NCBI RefSeq assembly: GCF_021869535.1
Contig: NW_026262679.1
Span: forward strand, 59,582,001-59,646,000
Reading direction: 5' to 3'
DNA length: 64,000 bases
DNA from: Mytilus californianus
Taxonomy: Eukaryota
This document shows positions 60,946 through 64,000 of this stretch, in pieces. Within the stretch, counting starts at the first letter, position 1, and each line of letters opens with the position of its first letter. The notes under the pieces were generated by a model that made no database searches, was not told the origin of the DNA, and saw nothing but the letters and a program-made list of their open reading frames with translations. A program made the position numbers and the translations under genes.

Positions 60946-63900
60946 ACTATGTATTATTATTTGTGAATAGATTTAGTCTATATGTTTACACATGATACAT
61001 TTTGATTATATTCTCGAAATATTTTCGGACTTATCATAAAAATGTGATGTAAAATGACGATTGCAATGAATAAAATAAATAAGCCCACTAATAAGATAAT
61101 AGGAATGCCGTCATTTGATCTCCATTTCTGATATAGAATAATGCTGTGTGACTGTCACATATATAACTTTATTGTCCTAATTTTTTATTATAAAAGAAAA
61201 AAATTAAGAATATATGAGTATTATTGTATATGGTGTAAGAATAATATCTTTTTCTCCATAGTTTCTTCAAACAAATTAAGACACAAAGCAAATATTCAGA
61301 CCGTTGGCTCTAGAAGGAATCCATTGGGAAATACATATTATAAGGTTAATAGCTTTTTTGAAGAAAAAAATGGGCTTTTTTAAAGTATATAATAAGAAAT
61401 AAAATTGTCCTAGAAAACTGATCTTTGCAATTTATCTTATTAACATTAATAAATCATTTATCAAAGAAATCATCATCAATAAATCCAAATTCATGTCGAT
61501 TACAGAAACGATTTGTTTTGTTGACAATAGTTACATTAACTGATATTGACCGATTTATTTCCAATTCATTATCATCGATCTCTTCGTTGTTTAATTGATA
61601 TTTTGACAAAAACATCCAAAGTCATTGTTTTCATGTTAAATCCTATTTTGCAATATATATTTGTATTGCTTGTGAATGCATTTAGTAGTTTTTGCTTCCT
61701 GCATATTAGGTGCCTGTTAAGCATTAAGCACGTTGACGAAAGGATATGTCTTTCGATTTTGTTTTGGTTGTTTTAATAAAACTATAAGATACTCTACATT
61801 AGAGTATATAGTTCATTAAAATTCATCAACTGGCAACCAAAAAATCTTTCCGAATGTAACTCGACAAAAGCCGTCTGCTTTAAATGTATTTGTCTTAATG
61901 GAACATAGAAATGCTAATTCGTTGCGTTTAGTTCACTAAATGTTAACAATTATATACAATTTCCTATCCAATGTTCAATATTTAAAAAGCACCGACTACC
62001 CATATTTTGTTTGGGGTAACTTTTTCCAGAAACAAATTGTTTGATTCTAAATCTTATGAAAACAATAGTTTCAGAAGGGAAGTGAAATATGATTTGTTTC
62101 TATTGAAAATTATAATGATAAAAAATATAATAAAACAACATTTGTTTTTTTCTTTTTCTTATTTCTGTAAGTTATTAAAAATCATATTTAAGTTGAAAAC
62201 AAAGTTTGTCACGACAAAAACCCAAATTCCCACAAAAGAGGAATGGTCAGTACTTAATAATTCAAGTACAGGTTTTTGTCAGTAGCAAACTTAGACTTGA
62301 ATTGTGAAATAGAGATAAAACTGGTGTACCAATCTATATTGCACATTTGATAACATAAGGAGGGTTGGGCAGCACCAATTTGGTGTTATCTCTTTAAAGT
62401 AATACATCTAAAGGTAAATATGAGAATCGTCCATTAGCAGCAACACCAGTCGGTGAGTCCGAAAGAAGTTAAGCTATCCATGAAAATGATACTGTAACAA
62501 AAAACACACATACATGTAGCTTTATGTTAGATACATATTTATTGAAAATAAACTTTGCCTAGTAGATTTTTATGTTTGTTGGTTAGTCTAGTCAATTTAG
62601 TGAATAACCTGCAACTAATTGCAACACAAAGTTTTTCTCTGAAAAACAAGTCTGTTACTATCTATAAACAACATACTAAAACTATATAAAAATATATTTT
62701 GCGGAAAGTGGTGTAATTTATAAAAATGTTTTGTAGTAAAAGTAAGGCTTCTATGAGTTGCTTCCCCTTATTTGCCAAAGTTAAAAAAAAATAAAATTAT
62801 ACAAAAAATGTTCTGTATTTTTTTAAACAGTTGAAATAATACAATACAATACATAATTATTTCAATTTAAAAGAATAATGTTACAAATAAATCACTTTCC
62901 TGTCTTAAAATTTGTATATTTGAATAAAGATATAGACCGAGATTATGTTCTGCTATTTTACAATCCAAGAATCTAATTCTCCAAAATAGTGTTGGTAAGT
63001 AACCTATAAATGGAAAATTGTACTGAATTAGAGTAACCAACTTAGTCACATTCTTACTTGGTATTTGAAAGAATACTGCCCCTGTGTTAAAGGCACACAC
63101 AGTTTATTTTTTGTTGGGGGAGGGGTTCAAGAAACACATGTTTTGTTCTTTATAAAAAAAAAATGTTATTGCAAGATTCAAAGTCTTTAATGTATTTTTT
63201 CTCCACAACTTTAGAAAGAAAACAATATAATTTTTTCATTTACCTTTTGGAACAAACATGTTAAGATTTAGAATCCAACAATGTTTCATAAAAAAATAAG
63301 AATGATGAGTGTTAAATGATTTTATGTTAAATATTTTTTCACAAATGAAAATTTCAGGCTTCTCGAGGCAAATAGCTACTCATGTAATTTGCGACGATCT
63401 CAGTACTCACACACCATATAAATAAAGCTTTGACTGTAACACTGAATCCACTTTTCACTTTGGTTACTAATCGGATGTGTACTTATATTTTAGTCGGTGC
63501 CAACAGTATTTATTCATCAACTATAATTACTAAGCTTTCAACTAGCTATGAGAACTCAGTTTCTTTTTGTTAATTGGTTATTTACTCCGTGCTGATCTTT
63601 TTGAGTTGAGCCCTTTCCAACTGGGTTTTACAATTCGTTCTTACGTTGAGAATGGAAATGGGGAATACTGTTTGTCAAAGAGACAACAACCCGACCAGAT
63701 TAAGAGCAGATAACAGCCGAAGGCCACCAATGGGTTTTTAACGCAACGAGAAAATCCCGCACCAGGAGGTGGTCCTCAGCCGGCCCCTAAACAAAAACTG
63801 TTCCTGATTATTGGATGGTTGAGTGCTCGCAAACAGGGTTAACTCTGCACACTATGAATATGATTATCACAAGTCAGTGGCCCTTTATTACTTGGTTGTT

Positions 63901-64000
63901 ATTGTTTGCTGTCTGTCATATTTGTTTTTCCGTTTATTGTTTTAACATTAATCAGGCCTTTGAGTTTCTCGTTTGACTTGTTTTATATTTTGACGATGAA

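Larger units (their letters stand above)
51540..62540. repeat. Old diverged tandem duplication (51540-55780 vs 57060-62540) with copy-specific insertions
   Basis: Collinear blocks: 51540-52060/57060-57570, 52910-53100/59060-59235, 53750-54130/59260-59570 and 54200-55780/60960-62540. Confidence 0.85.

Overview
AT-rich, intron-containing animal DNA with no prokaryotic features. The high-copy repeats look like those of mussels (Mytilus); this is my recognition, not a database hit. One host gene can be reconstructed: a four-exon, minus-strand caspase-3/7-like gene, join(complement(25785..26151,20377..20582,14557..14731,13897..14141)), 330 aa. All splice phases are compatible and the catalytic His and Cys are present. 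The motif is an atypical QACRC, and the S1-pocket 'SWR' arginine appears to be lost. The last two exons are copied again downstream in a ~99% identical partial tandem duplication that carries a frameshift. The rest is a transposon mosaic: a complete but mutated Ginger2/KRBA2-like DNA transposon (TIRs, TATA TSD, an intron holding a 6 x 146-bp satellite, PHD and CXC domains), decayed DIRS and Crypton elements, Penelope-like RT fragments, hammerhead-ribozyme (retrozyme-like) repeats, a 3.1-kb foldback-like element in a caspase intron, and several older tandem duplications at 37.5-62.5 kb. All alignments were done by eye; repeat boundaries are approximate unless exact junction bases are quoted.
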